Of a DNA stretch of 64,000 bases, positions 42,285 to 53,623 are shown piece by piece (position 1 is the stretch's first letter; the number at the start of each line of letters is the position of its first letter). The position numbers were made by a program, and so were the translations under genes. Origin of the DNA: Bacillota bacterium. Its GTDB lineage: Bacteria > Bacillota > Clostridia > Acetivibrionales > JAMNYG01. The stretch lies in contig JAMNYG010000056.1 of NCBI GenBank assembly GCA_023622945.1, positions 284 through 64,283 of the forward strand. The letters are read 5' to 3'. The notes under the pieces are model-generated. The model ran no database searches and was not told the origin of the DNA. It saw only the letters and a program-made list of their open reading frames with translations.

Positions 42285-44348
42285 ATGCCCAGGCAATTTA
42301 GTTTGGAAAATACCAGAAACATCGGAATAATGGCACATATTGATGCTGGTAAAACCACTACCACAGAGCGTATCCTGTTTTATACCGGTAAGCTTTATAA
42401 AATGGGGGAGACCCATGAAGGTAATGCAACCATGGACTGGATGGAACAGGAACAGGAGAGGGGTATTACCATAACCTCTGCTGCTACTACCGCTATGTGG
42501 AAGGGTACCAGGATTAATATCATTGATACGCCGGGGCACGTTGACTTTACGGTTGAGGTTGAAAGATCTCTTCGAGTTCTCGACGGTTCAGTAACAGTTT
42601 TTTGTGCAAAAGGAGGAGTTGAGCCCCAAACTGAGACGGTCTGGAGACAGGCTGATAAATACGGGGTTCCTCGTATTGCATATATAAATAAGATGGACAT
42701 AATAGGAGCAGATTTCTTTAACTGTGTGCAGATGATGAAGGACAGGCTGAATGCAAATGCTGTCCCTATTCAGCTGCCCATAGGAAAGGAAGAAAATTTC
42801 GAGGGCATCATCGACCTTGTTACCATGAAAGCTTATTACTATAAGGATGAGCTCGGGAAGGAAATTGAGGAAAGGTCAGTCCCGGAAGACATGAAAGATC
42901 TTGCCGAGGAATACCGTGATAAACTCATAGAAGCTGTTGCTGAATACGACGAAGAGTTAATGATGAAGTACCTTGAGGGAAATGAAATTACTGAACAGGA
43001 GATACGCGCAGGTATAAGAAAAGCCACAATATCAACCAAAATGATTCCTGTAACATGCGGATCATCATACAAAAACAAAGGGGTTCAGCTTTTGCTGGAT
43101 GCCATAGTTGATTACCTGCCATCCCCTGTTGATATACCTCCGATCAAGGGTGTATCCATAGACGGGGATGAGGAAATAGAAAGGCCTGCCGATGACAATG
43201 GGCCGTTTTCAGCTCTGGCATTCAAGATAATGACCGATCCCTTTGTAGGAAAGCTTTGCTTTTTCAGGGTTTACTCGGGACAGCTGAAGTCAGGGTCCTA
43301 TATTCTCAATTCCACCAAGGGGAAGAGAGAGAGAATAGGAAGAATCCTGCTGATGCATGCAAATCACAGGGAGGAAGTAGATACGGTTTATTCCGGAGAT
43401 ATTGCTGCAGCAGTTGGACTGAGAGATACCACCACCGGTGATACCCTTTGTGATCCTGACCATCCCGTAATACTTGAGTCCATGGATTTTCCGGAGCCTG
43501 TAATATCCGTTGCCATTGAACCCAAGACAAAAGCAGGCCAGGAAAAGATGGGAATTGCCCTGCAGAAACTTTCTGAGGAAGACCCGACTTTTAAGACCTA
43601 TACGGATCCTGAAACAGGGCAGACCATAATCTCCGGTATGGGAGAACTTCACCTTGACATTATTGTCGACCGTTTGCTGAGAGAGTTTAAGGTTGAAGCA
43701 AATGTAGGCAATCCACAGGTTGCATATAAGGAAACAATAAGAAAAGCTGTAAGAGCCGAAGGTAAGTTCATAAGGCAAACGGGTGGAAGAGGACAGTATG
43801 GACACTGTATCATTGAAGTTGAACCCAGGGAACGCGGTAGCGGTTATGAATTTGTCAACAAGATAGTTGGCGGTGTTATACCCAAGGAATTTATTCCCGC
43901 TATCGATGCCGGTATTCAGGATGCCATGAACAATGGCGTACTTGGTGGGTATCAGGTGGTTGATGTAAGGGTTACCCTTGTAGACGGTTCATACCATGAA
44001 GTGGATTCATCGGAAATGGCTTTCAAGATTGCCGGCTCAATGGCCTTTAAAGAAGCCTGCCGGAAAGCCGATCCTGTGCTCCTTGAACCCATTATGAAGG
44101 TTGACGTGTTTGTGCCCGAAGAATATATGGGAGATGTAATAGGCGACCTCAATTCCAGGAGAGGCAGAATTGAAGGAATGACAGCCAGGTCCGGCGTCCA
44201 GGCCATAACAGCATATGTGCCGCTTTCCGAGATGTTTGGATATGCAACCGTTCTGCGTTCCAGGACCCAGGGAAGGGGAACCTTTACTATGCAGACAAGT
44301 CATTTTGAAGAAGTTCCTAAGAACATCCAGGAACAGATATTAAAGTAA
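42285..44348 (+). CDS. fusA: Elongation factor G
   Basis: [24 protein letters not shown]..., DTPGHVDF, 687 aa. Confidence 0.98.
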   Translation: MPRQFSLENTRNIGIMAHIDAGKTTTTERILFYTGKLYKMGETHEGNATMDWMEQEQERGITITSAATTAMWKGTRINIIDTPGHVDFTVEVERSLRVLDGSVTVFCAKGGVEPQTETVWRQADKYGVPRIAYINKMDIIGADFFNCVQMMKDRLNANAVPIQLPIGKEENFEGIIDLVTMKAYYYKDELGKEIEERSVPEDMKDLAEEYRDKLIEAVAEYDEELMMKYLEGNEITEQEIRAGIRKATISTKMIPVTCGSSYKNKGVQLLLDAIVDYLPSPVDIPPIKGVSIDGDEEIERPADDNGPFSALAFKIMTDPFVGKLCFFRVYSGQLKSGSYILNSTKGKRERIGRILLMHANHREEVDTVYSGDIAAAVGLRDTTTGDTLCDPDHPVILESMDFPEPVISVAIEPKTKAGQEKMGIALQKLSEEDPTFKTYTDPETGQTIISGMGELHLDIIVDRLLREFKVEANVGNPQVAYKETIRKAVRAEGKFIRQTGGRGQYGHCIIEVEPRERGSGYEFVNKIVGGVIPKEFIPAIDAGIQDAMNNGVLGGYQVVDVRVTLVDGSYHEVDSSEMAFKIAGSMAFKEACRKADPVLLEPIMKVDVFVPEEYMGDVIGDLNSRRGRIEGMTARSGVQAITAYVPLSEMFGYATVLRSRTQGRGTFTMQTSHFEEVPKNIQEQILK

Positions 44349-44421
44349 AACATTTAATTTAATAAATCATATCAATTAATAACAAATTTCAGTTCATACT
44401 GAAAAAGGAGGAGAATAAGTA

Positions 44422-45624
<1,203 letters not shown>

Positions 45625-45646
45625 AATCGAAACTGAAATATGGGAT

Positions 45647-45685
45647 AAAGGTCGGTATACAGTTGTATATCGACCTTTATTTTTA
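45647..45685 (+). terminator. Strong rho-independent terminator after tuf
   Basis: 14-bp stem AAAGGTCGGTATAC (45647-45660) / GTATATCGACCTTT (45665-45678), loop AGTT, then ATTTTTAT. Confidence 0.8.
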
Positions 45686-45773
45686 TGTTAAGCCCGTTTA
45701 TTATGTGGGTAGATATGCACCAGGACCGCAAAGTCAATCAGGCTATGTTTTCTTATAGCATATAAAAGACATG

Positions 45774-45868
45774 GTTTGGAGAATAATATCGACAGAAGAA
45801 TAATAGCGACAGAAGAATAGTATCGGCAGACGAATAATAGCGACAGAAGAATATTATTGACAGATAAG
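45774..45868 (+). repeat. 17-nt tandem repeat, about 5.5 copies (GACAGAAGAATAATAGC)
   Basis: Units at 45791-45807, 45808-45824, 45825-45841 and 45842-45858, plus partial units on both sides. There are 1-4 substitutions per unit and the 17-nt phase is strict. It lies 80-175 nt upstream of the flavodiiron gene. Confidence 0.9.
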
Positions 45869-45949
45869 CACCAAAGCTTTGGTAATAATGACAACCAAAA
45901 CCATTTGCCCGAGAAAAACCATATAATCAAGTAGCGGAGGGATTTACCT

Positions 45950-47137
45950 ATGATAGAAATAAAAAAGGACATTTACTGGGCAGGGATAAAAGACTGGGGC
46001 CTGAGGGTTTTCCACGGTCACGAGCTGTCAACTCACAGAGGATCTACATATAATGCATACATAATCAGGGACGAAAAAACCGTTCTTGTTGATACAGTGT
46101 GGGATCCCTACAAGGAAGAATTCGCAGAGAAGCTTGATAAGCACATAGGTTTGAAGAACATTGACATGATCGTCATAAACCATGTGGAAACTGACCATAG
46201 CGGCGCCCTCGAGTATATTATGGAAAAAATACCGGATACGCCTATATATTGCACAAAGAATGGCGCTGAAGCCATAAGAAGGCATTTCCATAAAGACTGG
46301 AACATAAATGTCGTAAAAACCGGAGACAGGGTAAAAACCGGAAAATACGAGCTGGTCTTTGTGGAGATGCAGATGATACATTGGCCGGACAGCATGCTCA
46401 CTTATGTTGACGGCGCCAACCTGGTGCTTTCAAATGATGCATTCGGACAGCACTACTCTGCCATGTTCCTCTTTAATGACCAGGTTGACAACTGCGAACT
46501 TTACCAGGAAGCCATAAAGTATTATGCCAATATCCTTACTCCTTTCAGCTCCCTTATTAAGAAGAAGATAGAGCAGATAAAATCCATGAACCTTACCATA
46601 GACATGATAGCGCCCAGTCACGGTGTTATCTGGAGGGAAAATCCCCTGCAGATCATAGACAAGTATTATGAGTGGTCCCAGGATTACAGCGAGGATTTTG
46701 TGGTTATAATTTACGATACCATGTATGACGCAACCAAAACAATGGCATACGCAATAGGACAGGGGCTGCTTAATAAAGGTGTGCCTTACAAGATGTTCAG
46801 ATCTTCCGTCAGCGACAGCAGTGATATTATAACCGAAGTATTCAGGTCCAAAGGTATAATAGTTGGAAGCTGCACGGTCAATAACACCGTACTGCGTTCA
46901 ATATCAGGGTTGCTGGGCGAAATAAAAGGTCTGAGATTTAAAAATAAACTTGCAGCAAGCTTTGGAAGCTATGGCTGGAGCGGCGAAGCTCCCAAAAAGA
47001 TATCCCAGGAACTGGAGGAAGCTGGTTTTAAGGTACCTCTTAAGCCCATCGGGATCAAATACCGTCCTGACAGTGATGAACTGGATCAATGCGTTGAATT
47101 TGGCGAAAAGTTTGCAGAAGAGATTTTGAAAGGATAG
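45950..47137 (+). CDS. FprA-type flavodiiron protein (A-type flavoprotein; O2/NO reductase family)
   Basis: Metallo-beta-lactamase-like N-domain with the di-iron ligand motif INHVETDHSGAL, and a C-terminal flavodoxin-like domain (VVIIYDTMYDATKTMA...). 395 aa. Confidence 0.88.
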   Translation: MIEIKKDIYWAGIKDWGLRVFHGHELSTHRGSTYNAYIIRDEKTVLVDTVWDPYKEEFAEKLDKHIGLKNIDMIVINHVETDHSGALEYIMEKIPDTPIYCTKNGAEAIRRHFHKDWNINVVKTGDRVKTGKYELVFVEMQMIHWPDSMLTYVDGANLVLSNDAFGQHYSAMFLFNDQVDNCELYQEAIKYYANILTPFSSLIKKKIEQIKSMNLTIDMIAPSHGVIWRENPLQIIDKYYEWSQDYSEDFVVIIYDTMYDATKTMAYAIGQGLLNKGVPYKMFRSSVSDSSDIITEVFRSKGIIVGSCTVNNTVLRSISGLLGEIKGLRFKNKLAASFGSYGWSGEAPKKISQELEEAGFKVPLKPIGIKYRPDSDELDQCVEFGEKFAEEILKG

Positions 47138-47218
47138 AAATAAGAAGCGCTTTTCTATACTAAAGGAAAATGATATGGAGGAATAACAGTCGTTTCACCA
47201 GGAACTGACCAAGGCACG

Positions 47219-47274
47219 GGGACACTTCTTGCTACGAAGAATTGCTTCGGAGTTTGAGAAGTGTCCCTTATTTC
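47219..47274 (+). terminator. Terminator candidate after the flavodiiron gene
   Basis: 11-bp stem GGGACACTTCT (47219-47229) / AGAAGTGTCCC (47257-47267), 27-nt loop, then TTATTT. It has the same stem sequence as the terminator at 16971. Confidence 0.55.
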
Positions 47275-47437
47275 CTATGAGGAATATCCCTGGAATATTA
47301 CCCTTCCGATACATCCCCATTTTATAACAAAAATAAAATATTTGAAATACACATAATTGTTTATTTGTGCTAAAGTAAATATAAGAGTGTTGTGCTCTCT
47401 GCTAATCAATGATGTTGTTTAATTCAATCGGGGGTTA

Positions 47438-47653
47438 ATGATTGAAATGCTGAGAAAATTGCTTACGCGTCTCAAGTCTGCCAAAAAAACCGTTCTCATT
47501 GACATCGTGGTTGCCATAATCCTTTTGATAATATCCATAATTTTAAGCATTCCAGAATTAAAAAGCGATCTGGAGAAAAGAAGAGAGCAGGAAAGAATGC
47601 AAAAGAGTTTATCTTACAGGGAGGAGACGGATGTATGGAACTTGCAAGAATAA
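47438..47653 (+). CDS. Possible small membrane protein upstream of moxR (71 aa)
   Basis: One clear TM segment (VLIDIVVAIILLIISIILSI) followed by a charged tail. It overlaps the moxR start by 19 nt. The RBS spacing is poor, so the call is tentative. Confidence 0.4.
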   Translation: MIEMLRKLLTRLKSAKKTVLIDIVVAIILLIISIILSIPELKSDLEKRREQERMQKSLSYREETDVWNLQE

Positions 47654-48594
47654 GAGAACTTGGTGAAAGGATCAGGAACAACATTTCAAAAGTTATCATC
47701 GGAAAGGAAGAAACAATTGAACTGGTTATAATTTCGCTTTTCTGCGGAGGCCATGTATTGCTGGAAGATGTGCCCGGAGTGGGAAAGACCGTTCTCGCAA
47801 AATCCCTTGCAAAATCAATAAACTGCGAATTCAAAAGGATTCAGTTTACTCCTGACCTTTTACCTTCTGATCTGACCGGTATTAATTTTTATAACCAGAA
47901 GCAGGGAGAATTTGTTTTCAGACCGGGTCCCCTGTTCTCCAACATAGTGCTGGCAGATGAGATAAACAGGGCAACCCCCAGAACCCAATCAAGCCTTTTG
48001 GAATGCATGGAAGAAAAACAGGTTACCATAGACGGTGAAACCATGGAGCTGGCAAAACCCTTCTTCGTGATAGCCACACAGAACCCCGTGGAGACACAGG
48101 GAACTTTTCCCCTGCCCGAAGCTCAGCTTGACAGGTTCTTTATGAGGCTGAAGATGGGTTATCCGACTTCGCAGGAAGGTAAGGCCATACTGGACAGGTT
48201 TCAGACATCCAATCCTTCCAGAACAATAGAATCGGTAGCAGAGGGTAAAGAGATTGTAGATGCGCAGGAGTCCTTTACATCCGTGAAGGTTAACGACGCC
48301 GTGAAGGAATATATTATAAATATAATCGAAGCTACCAGGAAGCATGAAAGGATATCGCTGGGGGTAAGCCCCAGGGGAAGCCTGGCTTTAATGAAAGCTG
48401 CTCAGGTTAAGGCAATTCTGTCGGGGCGCGATTTTGTCACTCCCGATGATGTAAAAGCCGTAGCCGTGCCGGTTCTTGCTCACAGGATAATTATGAAGGG
48501 GCATGCCCTGGAAAGCAGTACTTTGGCTGCAGAAAAACTGATTAAAGACGTACTCTCAAGCGTACCGGTACCGGTGGAACAGTTAGAAAGGTAA
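47635..48594 (+). CDS. MoxR-family AAA+ ATPase
   Basis: Walker A EDVPGVGKT, Walker B NIVLADEINRATP, ...FFVIATQNPVE..GTFPLPEAQLDRF... RBS AGGGAGGAG. Confidence 0.93.
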   Translation: MELARIRELGERIRNNISKVIIGKEETIELVIISLFCGGHVLLEDVPGVGKTVLAKSLAKSINCEFKRIQFTPDLLPSDLTGINFYNQKQGEFVFRPGPLFSNIVLADEINRATPRTQSSLLECMEEKQVTIDGETMELAKPFFVIATQNPVETQGTFPLPEAQLDRFFMRLKMGYPTSQEGKAILDRFQTSNPSRTIESVAEGKEIVDAQESFTSVKVNDAVKEYIINIIEATRKHERISLGVSPRGSLALMKAAQVKAILSGRDFVTPDDVKAVAVPVLAHRIIMKGHALESSTLAAEKLIKDVLSSVPVPVEQLER

Positions 48595-48616
48595 TAAGTT
48601 TGAAGGTAGGTAGCTT

Positions 48617-49756
48617 ATGGAAATCATAGCTATTATTATACTGTTTTTTATTGTGGTACAGCTGCAAAGCTTTATATTTTATAAATTCGTCCTGAGCCGT
48701 CTTGAATACAGGTGCAGCTTCAGCGTTACTGAAGCTTATGAAGGTGATGAGCTTTTCCTGGTTGAGACGGTGTGCAACAGAAAAATACTGCCCGTCCCGT
48801 GGCTGAAGGTAGATATTCATTCATCCAGATGGCTTGATTTTGCAAATTCACACTCGGTTGTGGCTCAGGACAACAGGCGTGTTACCAGCAGCTTTTTCTT
48901 AAGAAGTTTTCAGAAAACCACCCGCAGATGGAAACTGAAGTGCCTTAAAAGGGGTGTGTTCACCACCGAAAATGTGACACTTGTAAGCGGTGATATTCTC
49001 GGATTGTTTATTTCATCAATTCCCGTAACGGTCAATGCCTCATTGGTTGTATACCCGGAAATAATTGATCTTGACAGCGTGATTATGCCTATCGATATCA
49101 CGCAGGGAGATACCGTCGTAAATCGATGGATTGTGGATGACCCCTTTATTGTTTCTGGAGCCAGGGAATATACGCCGAGGGACCCCATGAACAGAATACA
49201 CTGGAAAGCTACTGCAAGGCAGAATAAACTCATGGTGCGAAAAAATGATTTCACATCCCGTCTCAATATGACCGTCATATTGAATATTCAGTCCATTGAG
49301 TTTGAATACGACAGGGTTGTTGACAGGGACATGATAGAGATGGGTATTAAAGTTGCCGCCACACTGATTGACAGGGCGCTCAGAATGGGAATTCCCGTGC
49401 GCCTGGGAACCAACGGCTGTACCATAGATGACAGGCAGAACATGATATTTACAGGCCAGGCAGCAGGAAGGGAACATACCACAGGTTTGCTTAAGCTTCT
49501 GGCAAAACTTGAGCTTAAGAACCTTAAGGACTTTGATGATTATCTTGCAGGCATTTCAGGAGAAATTACAAACAACGATGTAATAATAATTACCAGTTAC
49601 GTAAACAACCAGATATATGAAATTGTAAGTGAAATGAGCCAAAGAGGCAATGTGGTAAAATTGATAATACTGAACAAACTGGTTGATTTGCGGAATCTTC
49701 CAAGAGGAATTGATGCATACATTCTTTCGGGAGCTGATAGGGTAAATGGAAACTAG
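48617..49756 (+). CDS. DUF58 domain protein (MoxR-associated, vWA-like)
   Basis: N-terminal TM segment. The DUF58 signature GAREYTPRDPMNRIHWKATARQNKLMVRK is present. It immediately follows moxR. Confidence 0.88.
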   Translation: MEIIAIIILFFIVVQLQSFIFYKFVLSRLEYRCSFSVTEAYEGDELFLVETVCNRKILPVPWLKVDIHSSRWLDFANSHSVVAQDNRRVTSSFFLRSFQKTTRRWKLKCLKRGVFTTENVTLVSGDILGLFISSIPVTVNASLVVYPEIIDLDSVIMPIDITQGDTVVNRWIVDDPFIVSGAREYTPRDPMNRIHWKATARQNKLMVRKNDFTSRLNMTVILNIQSIEFEYDRVVDRDMIEMGIKVAATLIDRALRMGIPVRLGTNGCTIDDRQNMIFTGQAAGREHTTGLLKLLAKLELKNLKDFDDYLAGISGEITNNDVIIITSYVNNQIYEIVSEMSQRGNVVKLIILNKLVDLRNLPRGIDAYILSGADRVNGN

Positions 49757-51149
49757 GACCAGAATAGTGATCATGAAGATTTTATCATTAACCGGTGTGT
49801 TTACATTTGTGTACCCCGTGATTTACGTATTCAGAAAGCTGCTGTTTAGTACCGGCGGCGGCTTTGGTTCCTTTGCTTTTTTCATCGGCTTTCTGTATGC
49901 AGGATTCCTGGCAGGACTCCTCATTGTAAGGGAAGAGTCTGCATTTTTCCAAAAGATTGCCCAATTTCCCCTTATTGATATTTTCTTTGAAGGCAAAGCA
50001 AAAGCCAGGAACATTTCAGCCTTTGCTGCATATCTGACATTGGTCGTCCCTTTGGCCTGCTCTTTTATAGCTTACAGGCATGAAGGAATATTCAGGCTGC
50101 TGATGGAGGTTCCGCTTGCTTGCTTGATCTACTTTACAGGGCTTAGGGGATATTTCATGGAATACGGCCGGATATTAAGCAAGCAGGTGATGTACACGGG
50201 AGCCATAATAATCCTTTTTCCGGTTTTTACGGCATACTTCAATACTTCCCTGAATGCGCGGCCTTTTGTTGTCGGCTGCGCCTATGCCTTTATGGTCATA
50301 TCCATGATTGTAAGAAATCAGGATACTCTTGACACCCTCTTTCTCAAAAAAGGGGTTAACATGTACGACACGGTAAAAAGAGTAAGAGGATTTAACGTGC
50401 TGATCGTAATTGGGATCTTTCTCCTGGCCCTTATCCTTTTTAACTTTAATGACACTGTGGTCGTGGCCCTGAATGGAATGCTCTATATTTTAAAAAGGAT
50501 AGCGGCGTTTATAATCATGCTGATGATGGCAAACCCCGAACCCGAGTTCAAGGGTGGAAACATGCCTCCTCCACCTGACCAGCTTCCCTTCGCAAATGAG
50601 GAGGTGCTGATAAGACCATGGAGTAACTTTATAAGCAATGTACTGACATACTTTGTGGTTATGTTCCTGGCATATAAGCTTGCGTTTTTGCTTATAAGCA
50701 AGTCCAGGCAAATCTTTTCAGGTATTGCCGCTCTGATAAGGAAATTGCTTAACGTAGTTTTTCCGTCATATAATAAGCTGGAGACCGAAGACTACAGTGA
50801 TGAAATTGAAACCGTAAAGCCCGAGAAAATGATTTCCAAAGTCAGGCTAAGGCCCCGTATCCGTGCAATAAGGAAGAACCTCAGGCAGATATCCGATCCT
50901 GTAGAAAAGATAAGATATATTTACGGGGCCGTATTGAGCATGTTTGCTATGAAAAATATAGAAATTTCAGCTTCCGATACGACGGGTGAAATATTGAGAA
51001 AGGTTGCACATGTTGAAGGCGTAATGGACTGTTTCAGCGAAATGACCGGTATTTATGAAAAAATAAGGTACGGGGACATGCTGCCGAAAGAAAATGATGT
51101 ACAAAGTTTTGAAAACGGATACGACAGGATGAAGAAGGTACTTAAGTAA
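49746..51149 (+). CDS. Polytopic membrane protein with a C-terminal DUF4129-like domain
   Basis: About 7 TM segments, then a cytoplasmic or extracytoplasmic tail (...IRYIYGAVLSMFAMKNIEISASDTTGEILRKV...IYEKIRYGDMLP...) resembling DUF4129, the usual third partner of MoxR/DUF58. It overlaps the DUF58 stop by 11 nt. ATG at 49773 is an alternative start. Confidence 0.7.
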   Translation: METRTRIVIMKILSLTGVFTFVYPVIYVFRKLLFSTGGGFGSFAFFIGFLYAGFLAGLLIVREESAFFQKIAQFPLIDIFFEGKAKARNISAFAAYLTLVVPLACSFIAYRHEGIFRLLMEVPLACLIYFTGLRGYFMEYGRILSKQVMYTGAIIILFPVFTAYFNTSLNARPFVVGCAYAFMVISMIVRNQDTLDTLFLKKGVNMYDTVKRVRGFNVLIVIGIFLLALILFNFNDTVVVALNGMLYILKRIAAFIIMLMMANPEPEFKGGNMPPPPDQLPFANEEVLIRPWSNFISNVLTYFVVMFLAYKLAFLLISKSRQIFSGIAALIRKLLNVVFPSYNKLETEDYSDEIETVKPEKMISKVRLRPRIRAIRKNLRQISDPVEKIRYIYGAVLSMFAMKNIEISASDTTGEILRKVAHVEGVMDCFSEMTGIYEKIRYGDMLPKENDVQSFENGYDRMKKVLK

Positions 51150-51190
51150 ATATTAGCGGACTAAGGGAGAGTGGCAGTTTATGTCCACTC

Positions 51191-51607
51191 TCAAAGGAAA
51201 AATACTTCATATAATTTAAGGATTTTATCTATTAGAATTTTCCCCCGATTGTCAGCCAGGGGTTTCACAATGTCAAGAGTTTTTATTATATTGTATCTGT
51301 CAAATTGCCGATTTCTTGACCGTTCGAAGTGTTTCACAAGATTTGTGTACACACCGGTATACATACTGCTTTTCGAGGCAATTTCCCCGAATTGCCTTCT
51401 GTACGGCTCAGGTGAATGCTGTGCAAGAACTCTCAGCACCTCATTAAGTGTTGTGATTTTATCCAATGAGGGCGCCCTGCCTTGCCGGCTTAAGCTTTCA
51501 GAAGAGCCATGACTTACCGCCTTTTGCAGATTATATCGTATGCTGTTTATTTTGTTGACAGCAATCAAACTGTTGGCAATTGTATCCAGCTTACTATATT
51601 TGTCCAT
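51191..51607 (-). CDS. Hypothetical protein (138 aa), no family recognised
   Basis: Strong RBS on the minus strand (GAGGTGG, 4 nt, then ATG at 51607). The composition looks coding. Convergent with the preceding operon, and a GAGAGTGG/CCACTCTC hairpin (51167-51192) overlaps its stop. Confidence 0.7.
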   Translation of the reverse strand: MDKYSKLDTIANSLIAVNKINSIRYNLQKAVSHGSSESLSRQGRAPSLDKITTLNEVLRVLAQHSPEPYRRQFGEIASKSSMYTGVYTNLVKHFERSRNRQFDRYNIIKTLDIVKPLADNRGKILIDKILKLYEVFFL

Positions 51608-51864
51608 TTATCCACCTCATTATGTAAAGCCCTGAGCTGAATATGGCTTATTCTTCAGGGCATGTATGGCTTCACTGTTATTATATTATGTTAAACGGCA
51701 GGGTTTTGTTACATTGTCCTCATTATTTGGGAAAATCATGATTTGTGATATAATTTTAGAGACAGTCCTTCATTCAGGAATTCATTTAAGAGTCGGAAGA
51801 ATAATCTGAAGTAATTATCTGAGACTTCTATATATTTCTATATATTAAGGTAAGGAGTATCGAC

Positions 51865-52446
51865 GTGGAGAAGGTCATTTGTGTTTATAGCTCTTCAAGC
51901 AACATAATAGACGATGTGTATTTTAAAGCTGCCGAAGAGTTGGGCAGGGAGATCGCCAGAAGAAAAGACGTATTCCTTTTCGGAGGAGGACTTACCGGTT
52001 TAATGGGAAGAGCGGCAAAGGCTGTTCATGCTTCAGGTGGAAAAGTCATAGGTGTAATACCCAAAGCCCTGAACGTAAAAGGTATAGTATATGAATACTG
52101 TGATGAACTGGTGGTTACTGAGGGAATGAGGGAGAGAAAGGCAGTGATGGATTCAAGATCAGACGCTTTTATTGCACTGCCGGGAGGTTTTGGAACTCTT
52201 GAAGAGATTTTTGAAATCATCACCCTGAAACAGCTGAGGTATCATGACAAGCCTATTGTAATACTGAATGTAAACGGTTTTTATGACAAGCTCCTTGAAC
52301 AGTTTGAATTGATTATTGAAGAGAGATTTGCAAAGGCTGAGTGCAGAAACCTGTACTTTATCACTTCAAGCGTGACAGAAGCGCTTAAATACATAGATGA
52401 ATACCGGCCATATGTTTTTAGGGACAAATGGCTCACCGATGTATAA
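51865..52446 (+). CDS. LOG-family (TIGR00730) nucleotide phosphoribohydrolase
   Basis: ICVYSSSSN..., FGGGLTGLMG, and the PGGFGTLEE motif. GTG start 7 nt after AAGGAG. Confidence 0.88.
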   Translation: MEKVICVYSSSSNIIDDVYFKAAEELGREIARRKDVFLFGGGLTGLMGRAAKAVHASGGKVIGVIPKALNVKGIVYEYCDELVVTEGMRERKAVMDSRSDAFIALPGGFGTLEEIFEIITLKQLRYHDKPIVILNVNGFYDKLLEQFELIIEERFAKAECRNLYFITSSVTEALKYIDEYRPYVFRDKWLTDV

Positions 52447-52458
52447 GGAGGGGTACTG

Positions 52459-53535
52459 GTGGAATTCAGGGACGGATGGGAAAAATCCAAAGAAAGAATC
52501 ATGGCATTCTGGAACAGAGAAATAATCGACAGATGCTGCATATCGGTAATGGCTCCGAAAAAAGGGAAGACATGGCCGCAAATGCCCAGGTTTGAAAATG
52601 AAGAAGACCTTGTGCGCTATTGGACAGACGGGGAATGGATAGTGGAAAGAAAGCTTGAGGAATTTGAAAACACCTTCTTTGGAGGAGAATGTTTTCCCCA
52701 GATTTTTGTCAACCTTGGAGCAGGCGGACATGGTGGCTTTTTCAGGAATACCAGGTACAAGTTTGAGGAAAATACCGTATGGTTTTTCCCTTTTATTGAG
52801 GACTGGGAGAAGGACAAAATCATATTTGATCCGGAAAGCTTCCTATATCGCAAGACAATAGAACTTGCAGAGTATTTTGTCAGTGAAAGCAAGGGAAGAT
52901 ATTACGTGTCAATGCCGGACACCTGCGGCAATGCCGATGCCCTGGCTCATATGCGGGGAAGTGAAAATCTTCTGATGGATATGGTGCTTGAAAAGGAACA
53001 TGTTCATGCAGCTCTCGATATCATTCAACAAGTATGGGAAAAGACGGTTGAGGAAGTGTACAACATTGTGAAGGACAACAACGACGGAGGATGCACGGTA
53101 GGTTGGCTTGACATCTGGGCACCCGGCAGGTTCACCCAGATGCAGAGCGACATATCTGTGATGATTTCTCCCGATCAGTTCAATGAGTTCATAATGCCTG
53201 AACTTAATAGCCAGATAAGCTGGATGGATCATTCACTCTACCATTTTGACGGGATGGAACAGATACGGCACCTTGATATGCTGCTGTCACTTGAGAATCT
53301 TGATGTAATACAGTGGACATGTGTAGCAGGGCAGCCATCACCCCTGAATTTCATACCTGTATTTAAAAAGATACAGGCTGCAGGCAAATGCCTGCTTATG
53401 TATGCAACTCCCAGGGAGATAGAAGTCCTTCTCCAAGAATTATCATCCAAAGGCTTATACCTTATAGCCAGGGTAGACAGCGAGGATGAGGCCATAGATT
53501 TGATTAAAATGGCTGAAAAACTGTCCCATGAGTAA
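52459..53535 (+). CDS. Conserved hypothetical enzyme, possibly with a URO-D/MtaA-like (uroporphyrinogen-decarboxylase superfamily) fold
   Basis: A 358-aa soluble protein with a GTG start after AAGGAGGGG. The fold assignment rests only on weak resemblance (...CGNADALAHMRGSENLLMDMVLEKEHVHAAL...), so it is tentative. Confidence 0.6.
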   Translation: MEFRDGWEKSKERIMAFWNREIIDRCCISVMAPKKGKTWPQMPRFENEEDLVRYWTDGEWIVERKLEEFENTFFGGECFPQIFVNLGAGGHGGFFRNTRYKFEENTVWFFPFIEDWEKDKIIFDPESFLYRKTIELAEYFVSESKGRYYVSMPDTCGNADALAHMRGSENLLMDMVLEKEHVHAALDIIQQVWEKTVEEVYNIVKDNNDGGCTVGWLDIWAPGRFTQMQSDISVMISPDQFNEFIMPELNSQISWMDHSLYHFDGMEQIRHLDMLLSLENLDVIQWTCVAGQPSPLNFIPVFKKIQAAGKCLLMYATPREIEVLLQELSSKGLYLIARVDSEDEAIDLIKMAEKLSHE

Positions 53536-53556
53536 ATTGTATGAATTATGGACAAT

Positions 53557-53586
53557 TTATGCTGGAATATGCAGCATAATTGTTCT
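53557..53586 (+). terminator. Weak terminator candidate
   Basis: TTATGCTG (53557-53564) / CAGCATAA (53572-53579), then TTGTTCT. Confidence 0.4.
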
Positions 53587-53623
53587 ATAATATCAATAAT
53601 TAAAATCAGGTTTAAATATAGGT

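Noticed and set aside
45774-45868. CRISPR array interpretation of the 17-nt repeats (and of the arrays at 53624-53792)
   Set aside because: The units are directly abutting, with no unique spacers. They are far shorter than CRISPR repeats and are degenerate, and no cas genes are present in the window.
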